NCBI GenBank assembly: GCA_011389855.1
Contig: JAABTM010000002.1
Span: 4,960 to 68,959, forward strand
Source: Desulfobacteraceae bacterium
Lineage (GTDB): Bacteria > Desulfobacterota > Desulfobacteria > Desulfobacterales > JAABSP01
Direction: 5' to 3'
Length of the DNA stretch: 64,000 nt
This document shows, piece after piece, positions 17,012 through 26,538 of the stretch. Position 1 is the stretch's first letter, and each line of letters begins with the position of its first letter. The notes beneath the pieces were generated by a model. The model was not told the origin of the DNA and did no database searches. It saw nothing but the letters and a program-made list of their open reading frames with translations. Position numbers and translations under genes: made by a program.

Positions 17012-18787
17012 ATGGCCATCTGGATCGTCTCCGCCATCCTCCTCGCCACGCTGATCCTCCTGATCACGGAAAAGCTGCCGGTGGACCTCACCGCCATCGG
17101 CATCATCGTGGCCCTGATGATCACCGGCATTCTGTCGCCGGTGGAAGCGGTGGCCGGGTTCGCCAATCCGGCGGTGATAACGGTGGCGGCCATGTTCGCC
17201 GTCAGCCGGGCCATGATCCGCACCGGGGCACTGGGGTTCGTGGCCCAGCGGATCATCGAACTCTCCAAGGGAAACGCCAGCCGGGCCATGATTCTGGTGC
17301 TCGCCATCGTGGCCCTGGCGTCGGCCTTCGTCAACAACACCCCCGTGGTGGTTCTCTTCATCCCCATCATTCTCAACCTGAGCTGCGAATACAATTTCAG
17401 CCCGTCCAAATTCCTCATTCCCATTTCCTACGCCTCCATCCTGGCCGGCACCTGTACGCTCATCGGCACCTCCACCAACATCATCATCCGGGATCTATCC
17501 ATGGAGATGGGATACGAAGGGATCGAGATGTTCGAACTGGCCGTCCTCGGCGTACCCATCGCGGTGGTGGGCATCGTCTTTCTCTATTTCGCCGCCCCCC
17601 GGATCATGCCCGGCCATGCCGCCCCCACCTGCGAGAGGGACGCCGGCGAAAACAAAAAATATCTGGCGGAGCTGCAGGTCCCGGCCGGCAGTCCTCTGGC
17701 GGGCGACGACCCGGCGGCCGCGCTATCGGAGCGATATCCGAGTTTCGAACTCTTCGAGGTCGTCCGAAAAGGCCATATCTTCTACCCCGACCGGGACCGG
17801 GTGGGGGTCCGGGAAGGGGATGTGCTGCTGGTGAAGGGATCGGCCAGTGATTTCGTGACGGCTCTGGAGGACAACGCCGCGGAACTGCCCCACCAGGACG
17901 CGGACCTCAACTATCAGGTGGACGACACCGATTCGGTCATCGTGGAGATGATCATTCCGCCCCAGTCGCGCCTCATCGGTGAACGCCTCCTGGAAACCCA
18001 CCTGGCCCGGTCGCCGGAGATCAACATCATCGCCATCAAGAGCCGGCATCTCCACTACACGGAGCAGAAGATCCAGCGGGTCCGGATCCGGATCGGCGAC
18101 ATCATCCTGGCCCGTTTCGACAAGAGCGCCCTGGACTGGGTTCGGGGCGAGGGGGACGTGATCATCGTCGAGGACGTCCACCATGAAATCCTCCACAAGA
18201 CCAAGGCGCGACGGGCCTTTTCCATTTTCGCGGGTCTGATCCTGTCCGCCAGCACCGGTCTGGCGGACATCATGGTCTGCGCCCTGGCCGCCCTCTTTTT
18301 AATGGTCGTCACCGGCTGTCTCCAGTTGCGGGGCGCCTACCGGGAACTACGGGGGGACGTGCTGCTGATCATCGTGGGGACCATCGCTTTGGGAGAGGCC
18401 ATGCAGAAGACCGGGGCGTCTCAGGTTTACGCCGACGCCTTTCTTTCGCTGTTCCAGGGCGCCGGCCCCCGTGTGGTGCTGGCCGGCGTGCTCCTTTTCA
18501 CCAGTATCAGCACCCAGTTGTTGAGCAACAATGCCACCGCGGTTATTCTCCTGCCGCTGGCCATCTCCACAGCCCACGCACTGGCGGTCGATCCCAAGTC
18601 CTTCATCATCGCCGTCTGCTTCGGGGCCAGCGCCTGTTTCGCCACGCCCATCGGCTACCAGACCAACCTCCTGGTTTACGGGCCGGGGGCCTACCGGTTC
18701 AGCGATTTCCTGAAGCTGGGCATCCCCCTGAACCTCATAGTTCTGACCATGGGAACCCTGTTCATTCCGGTGTTCTGGCCCTTTTGA
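17012..18787 (+). CDS. SLC13/DASS-family anion permease with two central TrkA-C (RCK_C) domains
   Basis: Two membrane halves with hairpin-type motifs (SAFVNNTPVVV; SNNATAVILLPL) flank two cytoplasmic repeats carrying GDVLLVKGSASDF and GDIILARFDKSALDW. Confidence 0.85.
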   Translation: MAIWIVSAILLATLILLITEKLPVDLTAIGIIVALMITGILSPVEAVAGFANPAVITVAAMFAVSRAMIRTGALGFVAQRIIELSKGNASRAMILVLAIVALASAFVNNTPVVVLFIPIILNLSCEYNFSPSKFLIPISYASILAGTCTLIGTSTNIIIRDLSMEMGYEGIEMFELAVLGVPIAVVGIVFLYFAAPRIMPGHAAPTCERDAGENKKYLAELQVPAGSPLAGDDPAAALSERYPSFELFEVVRKGHIFYPDRDRVGVREGDVLLVKGSASDFVTALEDNAAELPHQDADLNYQVDDTDSVIVEMIIPPQSRLIGERLLETHLARSPEINIIAIKSRHLHYTEQKIQRVRIRIGDIILARFDKSALDWVRGEGDVIIVEDVHHEILHKTKARRAFSIFAGLILSASTGLADIMVCALAALFLMVVTGCLQLRGAYRELRGDVLLIIVGTIALGEAMQKTGASQVYADAFLSLFQGAGPRVVLAGVLLFTSISTQLLSNNATAVILLPLAISTAHALAVDPKSFIIAVCFGASACFATPIGYQTNLLVYGPGAYRFSDFLKLGIPLNLIVLTMGTLFIPVFWPF

Positions 18788-18997
18788 TTGGATACCCATT
18801 TCAATCCCATCGTATTCATCGACTTAGCGCCTATCAGAAAATGTTCCCTTTTTTATTGACTATTCGACAGGGTCTCTTTTATCCTTGGACATTGTATCGC
18901 ATCCCGCTGCTTTGAGTCTTCGCGAGGAACCTTCAATGGAACTGAGCTTCCAGGGATGTGATATAAACCATTCTGCATTCAACCGAGGAGGACGATT

Positions 18998-20203
18998 ATG
19001 CCGGCATTTCTTTGGAAAGGCCTCAATAAACGAAAGCGATCCCAGAAAGGCGAGATCGAAGCGCCGGACATCAGCTCGGCCGAAGCGGCCCTGAAACGCC
19101 GGGGCATCACCGACTATAAAATCAAGGAGAAGCCCAAGGATCTGTTCGCGAACGTCTCCTTTATGCAGCCCAAGATCACGGCCAAGGACGTGATCATCTT
19201 CTGCCGGCAGTTTTCCACCATGATCGACGCCGGGCTGCCCATCATCCAGTGTCTCGACATTTTGTCATCCCAGGCCGAAAACCCAAAGATGCAAAAGGTT
19301 CTCAAAGACATTAAGGACTCGGTGGAAGGCGGCTCCACCCTGGCGGAATCCATGAAAAAATACCCGGACCTGTTCGATTCCCTGTTCGTCAACATGATCG
19401 CGGCGGGGGAGGCGGGCGGCATCCTGGATACGATTCTGCGCCGGCTCTCGGAACACCTTGAAAAGGCGGCCAAGCTCAAGGCCAAGGTCAAAAGCGCCAT
19501 GGTCTACCCGGTTATCACCATCTGCGTCGCCGTCTTGGTGGTCATGGTTATCATGGTATTCGTCATCCCCGTCTTCGAGGACATGTTCGCCGGGCTGGGC
19601 GGGCAGCTGCCGGGGCTCACGCAGATAACGGTGAACCTGAGCCGGTTTATAAAGGGGAACATCCTCTGGATAATCATCGGGACGGGATTGTTCATCTATT
19701 CCTTCAAGCGGTTTTACAAAACTGAAAAGGGCCGGGCCATCATCGACGATCTGGCGTTGAAGGCCCCGGTGTTCGGCATTCTGATCCGAAAGGTCGCGGT
19801 GGCCAAGTTCACCCGAACCATGAGCACCATGCTCCAGAGCGGGGTGGCCATCCTCGACTCCCTGGAGATCGTGGCGCGAACCGCCGGGAACAAGACCGTG
19901 GAGCGGACCGTTTACGAAGTCCGGCTGGATATCTCGGAGGGGCGGACCATGGCCGAACCGCTGCTGGAGAGCGGCGTTTTTCCGCCCATGGTCTGCCAGA
20001 TGATCGCGGTGGGGGAGTCGACCGGGGCATTGGACATCATGCTGGGCAAAATTGCGGATTTTTACGACGACGAGGTGGACGAAGCGGTCAACAATCTCAC
20101 CGAAATGATCGAACCCATGATGATGGTCTTTTTAGGCGGAATAATCGGCACCCTGGTGGTCGCCATGTACCTGCCGATCTTCAGCATGGCCGGCGCCGTC
20201 TGA
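18998..20203 (+). CDS. pilC: type IV pilus assembly platform protein PilC (GspF family)
   Basis: Two T2SS-F repeats (FCRQFSTMIDAGLPIIQCL and FTRTMSTMLQSGVAILDSL) and three TM segments, about 400 aa. Strong SD GAGGAGG. Confidence 0.85.
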   Translation: MPAFLWKGLNKRKRSQKGEIEAPDISSAEAALKRRGITDYKIKEKPKDLFANVSFMQPKITAKDVIIFCRQFSTMIDAGLPIIQCLDILSSQAENPKMQKVLKDIKDSVEGGSTLAESMKKYPDLFDSLFVNMIAAGEAGGILDTILRRLSEHLEKAAKLKAKVKSAMVYPVITICVAVLVVMVIMVFVIPVFEDMFAGLGGQLPGLTQITVNLSRFIKGNILWIIIGTGLFIYSFKRFYKTEKGRAIIDDLALKAPVFGILIRKVAVAKFTRTMSTMLQSGVAILDSLEIVARTAGNKTVERTVYEVRLDISEGRTMAEPLLESGVFPPMVCQMIAVGESTGALDIMLGKIADFYDDEVDEAVNNLTEMIEPMMMVFLGGIIGTLVVAMYLPIFSMAGAV

Positions 20204-20237
20204 TCCGGCGCTGATCGTTCCGATCCACTTACCGTCC

Positions 20238-21563
20238 ATGGCCGCCAACGCCGGGCTCGACAGAGAACTTTACCAGAAACTCAAATGGGTGATGTTTTTC
20301 AGGGTGCTCTTCTACACCCTGCTGTTGGGCTCGGCCACCATCCTTCAACTCGGTAAAACCTCCCCTCCCCTTACCCGATCCCTGCTCCTGCTCTATGCTC
20401 TGATCGCGGTAATTTTCATTCTTTCCTTTTTTTATTCCCTCATCCTTCCCCGAATCCGGCGGCTGAAACTCTTCGCCTATGCCCAGATCGCCATCGACAC
20501 AGGGGCGGTCACTTTCATCATTTTCCTTACCGGATCTTTCATCAGCCTGTTTTCATTTCTCTACCTGGTGGTCATCATCTACGCGAGCATGCTCCTCTAT
20601 CGGCGGGGCAGCATGGTCATGGCCGTGCTGTCCAGCATCCAGTACGGTCTTCTCATCGATCTCGAATATTACGGGCTCATCCAGCCCGCCGCCATGGAAA
20701 AAGGGTTGACCATCACTGATTTTACGCCGGGGGAAGTGCTCTACAAGATCGTCGCCATGATGGCCGGCTGCTTCGCGGTGGCGTTTTTCAGCGGGCTTTT
20801 GTCCGAACAGGCGCGGCGGACGAAGAAAGAGCTGGCGGTCATGGAGTCCCACGTCAAACGCGTGGAGAAGATGGCGGCGGTGGGGGAAATGGCGGCCGGA
20901 TTGGCCCACGAGATCAAAAATCCGCTGGCGTCGCTGCGAGGGTCGATCCAGATGCTGAAAGACACCCTGGCGTCGGATGACGATACCAAGACCCTGATGG
21001 GAATTATCCTGCGGGAGGCCGACCGGCTGAATTCCCTGGTGGGCGATTTTCTGATGTTCGCCCGGCCGCCGACTGGGAACCGATCCGTTATTGAATTGAG
21101 AAAGGGGTTATCGGAGATCGTGGCGCTTTTCGATGCGGATAGAGGTGTAGGAAGGTTGGCGATCGAAACCGATATCCCGGAGGAGATCCGGGTGGAGATG
21201 GACCCGTCCCATTTACGACAGATCCTGTGGAATCTGTTGCTCAACGCCGCCGAAGCCATCGAAGCGTCGGGAAAGGAGGATGGCCGCATCCGCATCTCGG
21301 CGCATCCCGGCAGGTCGCGCCATGCGGTTTTGCGGATCGAGGACAATGGAGGCGGCATTTCCCCGGACTTATTGAAAACCATCTTCGATCCATTTGTCAC
21401 CACCAAACCCCGGGGGACGGGCCTGGGGCTGTCCATCGTTCATCGACTGGTCGAATCCTACGACAGCTGGCTCGATGTGGAGAGCGTGCCCGGCCGGGGC
21501 GCCGCCTTCATACTGACCCTAAAAATAGCCGACGATATCCGCGGGGGAAAGGGTATCGGTTGA
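20238..21563 (+). CDS. pilS: PilS-like membrane sensor histidine kinase
   Basis: A polytopic N-terminal half of about 6 TM, H-box AAGLAHEIKNPLASL, N-box LLNAAEA, and G-boxes DNGGGI and GTGLGLSIV. Directly follows pilC. Confidence 0.7.
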   Translation: MAANAGLDRELYQKLKWVMFFRVLFYTLLLGSATILQLGKTSPPLTRSLLLLYALIAVIFILSFFYSLILPRIRRLKLFAYAQIAIDTGAVTFIIFLTGSFISLFSFLYLVVIIYASMLLYRRGSMVMAVLSSIQYGLLIDLEYYGLIQPAAMEKGLTITDFTPGEVLYKIVAMMAGCFAVAFFSGLLSEQARRTKKELAVMESHVKRVEKMAAVGEMAAGLAHEIKNPLASLRGSIQMLKDTLASDDDTKTLMGIILREADRLNSLVGDFLMFARPPTGNRSVIELRKGLSEIVALFDADRGVGRLAIETDIPEEIRVEMDPSHLRQILWNLLLNAAEAIEASGKEDGRIRISAHPGRSRHAVLRIEDNGGGISPDLLKTIFDPFVTTKPRGTGLGLSIVHRLVESYDSWLDVESVPGRGAAFILTLKIADDIRGGKGIG

Positions 21564-21596
21564 CAACCGGAAACGCCTGATCTATACCGCCCCCCC

Positions 21597-21629
21597 ATGA
21601 TCTTCAAATGATCTTCAAATGATTGTCAA
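21597..21629. repeat. three tandem 11-nt repeats upstream of panC
   Basis: atgatcttcaa (21597-21607), atgatcttcaa (21608-21618), atgattgtcaa (21619-21629). A TGTAAT -10-like hexamer follows at 21635-21640. Confidence 0.85.
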
Positions 21630-21662
21630 ATTTGTGTAATTGACTGCGGAAACGGGTGAAAA

Positions 21663-22517
21663 ATGGATGTCGTAGCCACCGTCGAAGAGATGCAGGCCCG
21701 CGCGGATAGAATTCGCGCCCAAGGAAAAACCATCGCGCTGACGCCGACCATGGGGTGTCTCCACGAAGGCCACCTCTCCCTGATTCAAAAGGGAAAGGCC
21801 CACGCGGATCGCGTCGTGCTTTCCATCTTCGTGAACCCAACTCAATTCGGGCCGGATGAAGATCTGGACGCCTACCCCCGGGCCATGGAACGGGATCTCG
21901 CCCTGGCCGAAGGCAGCGGCGTCGATGTCGTCTTCGCACCTTCGGACAAGGAACTCTACGGCCCGGATTTTCAAACCTTCGTGTCGCTCGACCGGCTGCC
22001 GAATCATTTGTGCGGCCTCTCCCGACCGGTCCATTTTCGCGGCGTGGCCACTGTGGTGACCAAGCTGTTCAATATTGTCAAACCCCATGTGGCCGTCTTC
22101 GGCGAGAAAGACTACCAGCAGCTTCAGGTCGTCCGTCGGATGGCGGCGGACCTCAACTTCGATGTCGAGATCATCGGGGCGCCGACGGTCCGGGAGCCCG
22201 ACGGGCTGGCCAAAAGTTCCCGGAACGCTTATTTGACCCCGGAACAGCGGGAAAGCGGGCTGACCCTGAACCGGTCCCTGGAAAAGGCCCAGGCCATGGC
22301 GGCGGCCGGGGAGGCCGATCCGGCCCGGATTATTGAAGCAGCCAGAGACCTTATCGATGCCGCGCCCCATACCCGCATCGATTACATCGAGATTGTCGAT
22401 CCCTATACCCTGAACAGCGTGGAGGCGGTTGAAGGATCTGTCCTCATGGCCCTGGCCGTCCAGGTGGGAAAATCCCGCCTCATCGACAACCGGATTTTGG
22501 CGCCCGGCGGCGCATGA
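21663..22517 (+). CDS. panC: pantoate--beta-alanine ligase
   Basis: PTMGCLHEGHLSLI (HxGH), SIFVNPTQFGP and FGEKDYQQL motifs; 284 aa. Confidence 0.95.
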   Translation: MDVVATVEEMQARADRIRAQGKTIALTPTMGCLHEGHLSLIQKGKAHADRVVLSIFVNPTQFGPDEDLDAYPRAMERDLALAEGSGVDVVFAPSDKELYGPDFQTFVSLDRLPNHLCGLSRPVHFRGVATVVTKLFNIVKPHVAVFGEKDYQQLQVVRRMAADLNFDVEIIGAPTVREPDGLAKSSRNAYLTPEQRESGLTLNRSLEKAQAMAAAGEADPARIIEAARDLIDAAPHTRIDYIEIVDPYTLNSVEAVEGSVLMALAVQVGKSRLIDNRILAPGGA

Positions 22518-22707
22518 CGTCGGCCCTGCATGGTCGCATATCGGCTTTTTTTAATGGCGAAGCCTCATGGACAGAGGGTGAATCGGGCGCCGTCGTGGGG
22601 GTGCGGCGGCAAAATTGCCTTGACACCGGGGAGGCGTTTTTTTACTAAAGAACGGGCGGAGGCGGTGGAAGTTATGGTAAAAACGAGAAATCGATCCCCG
22701 GGGCGAT

Positions 22708-23232
22708 TTAGGGGTCCCCGAATTCGCCGGCATCGCCGGACGGTCCGGCCACCCGCATGGGCCGCAGGACCCGGAATCCGACGGGACGGGTCAGGTCGAT
22801 GCTCTCGTTCTCGTAATTCCATATCCGGTGGAGCGCATGCCGGTGACGGCTTTCGAAACGGGACAGGCTCTGTTCGATGAAGATGTCGTCCATCTGCCGG
22901 GAATAGGCGCAGTCCCAGAGGAGCCACCGTTTGTCGCCGCCGGCCGTATAAAAATCGAAGGGGTACATGCCGCAGTCGAAGGGTCGCACCGCGTAAATGG
23001 CGCAGGCCCGGTTCTCCTTGTCGAAGAAGACGCAATATCCGTCCGCCCGGACCCTGAGCACACTTTCGTCGCCATGGCGTTCATGGAAATCGCTCCGGCC
23101 GGTGTAGCGGGCGATGCGGTTGATTTCTTCGTCCCACACCGGCGCCTGAACGAGATAGCGGGATGAGCAGCACCATCGGTCGGGACAGCGGCGTCGGCAG
23201 GCGGGCTCTATGGTGGCGTTGTTTCCGTCCAT
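22708..23232 (-). CDS. YkgJ-like cysteine-cluster protein (PF03692 type), copy A
   Basis: N-terminal CRRRCPDRWCC cluster plus the C-terminal hallmark CVFFDKENRACAIYAVRPFDCGMYPF. Confidence 0.75.
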   Translation of the reverse strand: MDGNNATIEPACRRRCPDRWCCSSRYLVQAPVWDEEINRIARYTGRSDFHERHGDESVLRVRADGYCVFFDKENRACAIYAVRPFDCGMYPFDFYTAGGDKRWLLWDCAYSRQMDDIFIEQSLSRFESRHRHALHRIWNYENESIDLTRPVGFRVLRPMRVAGPSGDAGEFGDP

Positions 23233-23347
23233 GGAATGTCCTTTTTAACCGGAGCATGCGGGTTTGCGGGCCGCCTGTCAAGGGACCGGCGATCCGGATT
23301 CAGGGCCGGAATGATCTTATCATAAAACCTCAACGACGGGAAATGCC

Positions 23348-25513
23348 ATGATCATCCAATGCGACCAATGCGAGACGGCGTTTGAGCTGGATGCCGCCCT
23401 GATCAAGGAGAGCGGGTCCAGGGTGCGGTGTTCGAAATGCAAACACGTCTTTACCGCGCGGCCGGCGGCGCCTCCCGAACCCGAAGAGGAGCCGTTTTAC
23501 GACGACGCCACGGTGGCCATTTCCGATCCCATCGCGCGATCCCAATTGATGGAGATGTCCGAGCGGCCCGATGCCGAACCGGCGCCCGCGCCATCCCCGG
23601 TCGCCGCCCCCGCCCCTGTCGAACCCGAAAGAAAACCGGAAAAGAAAACGGCCCGCTACGCGCCCTTCCGGCGGAAGCTGGTCTATTTCGCGGCGGCCAT
23701 CATTGCGTTCATCGCCGTGATCGTCATCCCGGTGGAGATCGTCTACCGTCCCCTGGAACTGCTCCACCAGTTGATATCCAACGGCGAAAACCTCATCAGC
23801 GGCGTTCAGGCGGCCTTTTCAGAGGAGGAGATGAACCGGATCAACCGGTTCGGCCTCGAAACCATCGCGGCCAGGGAAGCGGACAGGGCGACCCTCAAGG
23901 CGGCGCCGCCCCTCTACTACAGCCTGGCCTTCAACATGCTGCTCATGGAAGGGACCTTGCCGCCGGAGGAGGCGGTGCGGAACCGCCTCGAATACATGGG
24001 GGAGTTCGATGGCGGATTTCAGTACGAACACCTCCAGACGGCCGTCGGCTACTGGGCCGACCGGTTCGCCGGGGATCCCGGCATTCGGGAGATTCTCCAG
24101 AAGTACAAAAAGATCCTGGTGGAGGCCAAAAAGAACGCCAAGCAGGGCGACTTCACCATCAGCGAATTCTACATCATGATCGATACGGGCCGGAAGGTGG
24201 GGTTTTTCAAGGATCACATCGCCTACCTTCTGGACAGCATCAACTGGTGGAACATCAGCACCTACATCGGCGAACCTTACGAGATCGCCGGCAACGAGTT
24301 CTGGCGGGCCGCGGCCCTGGACGGCCGGGAGGGGTTCGATCACAACCCCATCGACTACTGGATTTTTCCCCGTTACGACGAAGACGAATGGGGGTTGTGG
24401 TACAGCGTCTGGCTGACGGAGGGATCCGACGACGTTTACAACATCTTCAGCATCGATTTCAACGCCATCCGGGTGAAAAAGCTGCGGATGTTCATCGTCG
24501 CCACCGTGGCCGGGGTCATCGCCGCGCTCGCCGTCATGGTGATCATCATCACCCGCTGGCTGGCCGGCCGGGTGACAGAGCCCATCACCGAACTGACCCG
24601 GGGCGCCGAGGCCGTGGCCCATGGCGATTACGATTACGTGGTGCCGGTGCTCAAGGAGGACGAATTCGGCGAGCTGACCCGGCAGTTCAACGTCATGACC
24701 CAGGGCCAGAAAGAGCGGCTCAACCTGATGGAGACCCTCAAAAAGTTTTTGTCGGAAGATCTGGCGGAGCGGGCCGCGGAGAGCGGCATCGTCATCGGCG
24801 GCCAGAAGGCCGACTGCACGGTGATGTTCACCGATTTCGCGGGGTTCTCCACTATCACCCGAAACATGACCGCCTCGGAATCGGTCAACGTGCTCAACGC
24901 CTATTTCGACGGTCTGGTCCCCATCATAAAAAAATACGGCGGATTTCCGGACAAATACATCGGCGACGCCATCGTGGCCCTGTTCGGCGCCCCGGTTCCC
25001 CTGGAGGACCACGCTGAACGGGCCCTGGCCGCCGCCATCGAGATGCAGTGGAAGATGCGACGGATGAACGAGGAGCGCCGCCGCCAGGGCAAAACGGTCT
25101 TTGAAATGCGCATCGGCCTCAACAGCGGCGAAGTCATAGCCGGGGCCATCGGCTGCGACCAGAAGCTGGAGTACACCTCCATCGGCGAGACCACCAACCT
25201 GGCCAACCGGATGGAGGCCATCTCCGAGATCGGCCACGTCATGATCGCCGAAGAGACCTACCGGCGGATCAAGGACACCTTCTTCGGGGGCGCCCATATT
25301 TCGGTCACCCCCAGGCAGGTCACGGTCAAGGGATATCCGGAGCCGGTGGCCACCTACCGGGTCTGGGTCGACAACCTGACCATCGAAAAAGACCCCGCCG
25401 GCGGCGGCGCCAAGACCTTCTACAAGTACGACGAAGAGGACCATGACATCAAATACGAACCCGACGACGTGCAGGACCGAACGTTCATCCGCGTCGCCCG
25501 GTTCATGGACTGA
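23348..25513 (+). CDS. membrane sensor adenylate/guanylate cyclase (zinc ribbon - TM - extracytoplasmic domain - TM - HAMP - class III cyclase)
   Basis: MJ0042-type zinc ribbon (CDQCETAF...RCSKCKHVF), a Pro-rich linker, two TM segments bracketing about 240 aa, a HAMP-like segment (ITELTRGAEAVAHGDYDY) and class III cyclase motifs (CTVMFTDFAGFS, YIGDAIVALFGAP, RIGLNSGEVIAGAIG, YTSIGETTNLANRME). Confidence 0.85.
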   Translation: MIIQCDQCETAFELDAALIKESGSRVRCSKCKHVFTARPAAPPEPEEEPFYDDATVAISDPIARSQLMEMSERPDAEPAPAPSPVAAPAPVEPERKPEKKTARYAPFRRKLVYFAAAIIAFIAVIVIPVEIVYRPLELLHQLISNGENLISGVQAAFSEEEMNRINRFGLETIAAREADRATLKAAPPLYYSLAFNMLLMEGTLPPEEAVRNRLEYMGEFDGGFQYEHLQTAVGYWADRFAGDPGIREILQKYKKILVEAKKNAKQGDFTISEFYIMIDTGRKVGFFKDHIAYLLDSINWWNISTYIGEPYEIAGNEFWRAAALDGREGFDHNPIDYWIFPRYDEDEWGLWYSVWLTEGSDDVYNIFSIDFNAIRVKKLRMFIVATVAGVIAALAVMVIIITRWLAGRVTEPITELTRGAEAVAHGDYDYVVPVLKEDEFGELTRQFNVMTQGQKERLNLMETLKKFLSEDLAERAAESGIVIGGQKADCTVMFTDFAGFSTITRNMTASESVNVLNAYFDGLVPIIKKYGGFPDKYIGDAIVALFGAPVPLEDHAERALAAAIEMQWKMRRMNEERRRQGKTVFEMRIGLNSGEVIAGAIGCDQKLEYTSIGETTNLANRMEAISEIGHVMIAEETYRRIKDTFFGGAHISVTPRQVTVKGYPEPVATYRVWVDNLTIEKDPAGGGAKTFYKYDEEDHDIKYEPDDVQDRTFIRVARFMD

Positions 25514-25540
25514 TCCCGGCCTCCGCGCTGCGCTGAACCG

Positions 25541-26488
25541 GTGAACGACCAAGCGGATATATTCGACAGGACCGTCGGGGAATACGACCTTATCGTGGAG
25601 CTGTCCTATGCCTGGTATTATTCCCGGGTCCATCACGCCATCGCCCAAAGGGTGATCCGGCCCCTCCGTCCCGGCCGGGTGCTGGATGTGGCCTGCGGCA
25701 CCGGGTTTCAGTCCTACCTCCACCGGGCCGGCGGGGCCCAGGTGGTGGGCGTGGATGTCTCGGAAAACCTGCTCCGGGCGGCGGCGGCGAAAAGCGGCGC
25801 CGCGGGGGGAGGCAACGGCGGCCCGCTCTTTCCGGTTCACTTCGATTTCGTGGCCGACTACAACCGCCGGATCGAGGCGATCGCTGCCGCTTCAGGCAGA
25901 GGGATCCCGCCTCCGCCCCGGTTTCTTCGGGCCGACGGTCGTCGGCTACCCTTTTCGGACTGTCGGTTCGACCACGTCAACCTGGTGGGGGGATTGAGCT
26001 ACATGACCGACCGCCGTCAGGCGCTGTCGGAGATCCGGCGTGTTCTGAAACCTGGAGGCACCCTCTTTCTGGAGGTGGAGCACCGCTGGAATTTCGAGAC
26101 TTTCTGGCGGACGCTCCACGCCGTTTTCGCCAACGGCGCCGGGGATGCGTTTTCCCGGGCCGACATCCGCCGGCTCCTCTTCACCCCCTTCCGCCGGGGC
26201 GTGGCCGCCGCGTTTCCCTTCAACGCCTACGAAAAGATCGCGCCGACCCCCTGCCGCTTTTTCACTTTCCGGGAGATGACGGACCTCCTCGGGGAGGCCG
26301 GGTTCGACGCCGCGGGCCGGTGGGGGGTCCACACCGTCACCAACCTGATCCCGTGGTCCTGGCTGGAACAACGCCATCCCTCCCCTCGGCTGGTGCGGCT
26401 TTTCCTTCGGCTGGCGGCCCTGGAAGAGCGACTGTCTTTCTTTAAGTCCGGCATCGGCATGATGGTGCTTGCACGGAAGCGCCGATAG
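25541..26488 (+). CDS. class I SAM-dependent methyltransferase
   Basis: Motif I VLDVACGTGFQS and post-I/II motifs (DCRFDHVNLVGG, LKPGGTLFLEVEH). GTG start. Confidence 0.75.
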   Translation: MNDQADIFDRTVGEYDLIVELSYAWYYSRVHHAIAQRVIRPLRPGRVLDVACGTGFQSYLHRAGGAQVVGVDVSENLLRAAAAKSGAAGGGNGGPLFPVHFDFVADYNRRIEAIAAASGRGIPPPPRFLRADGRRLPFSDCRFDHVNLVGGLSYMTDRRQALSEIRRVLKPGGTLFLEVEHRWNFETFWRTLHAVFANGAGDAFSRADIRRLLFTPFRRGVAAAFPFNAYEKIAPTPCRFFTFREMTDLLGEAGFDAAGRWGVHTVTNLIPWSWLEQRHPSPRLVRLFLRLAALEERLSFFKSGIGMMVLARKRR

Positions 26489-26538
26489 CGGTATGATCGG
26501 GCCATCCGTCGTCAACCCCCCGCGAAACCGGAGTCTTT

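Noticed and set aside
18885-19094. 69-aa ORF overlapping the pilC start.
   Set aside because: It is out of frame with pilC and overlaps it, has no SD, and gives an Arg/Ser-rich translation.
22530-22880. ORFs in the panC downstream region (22530-22880 plus strand, 22565-23035 minus strand).
   Set aside because: They overlap the motif-supported Cys-cluster gene (copy A), and their translations are Arg/Gly/Pro-rich with no features.
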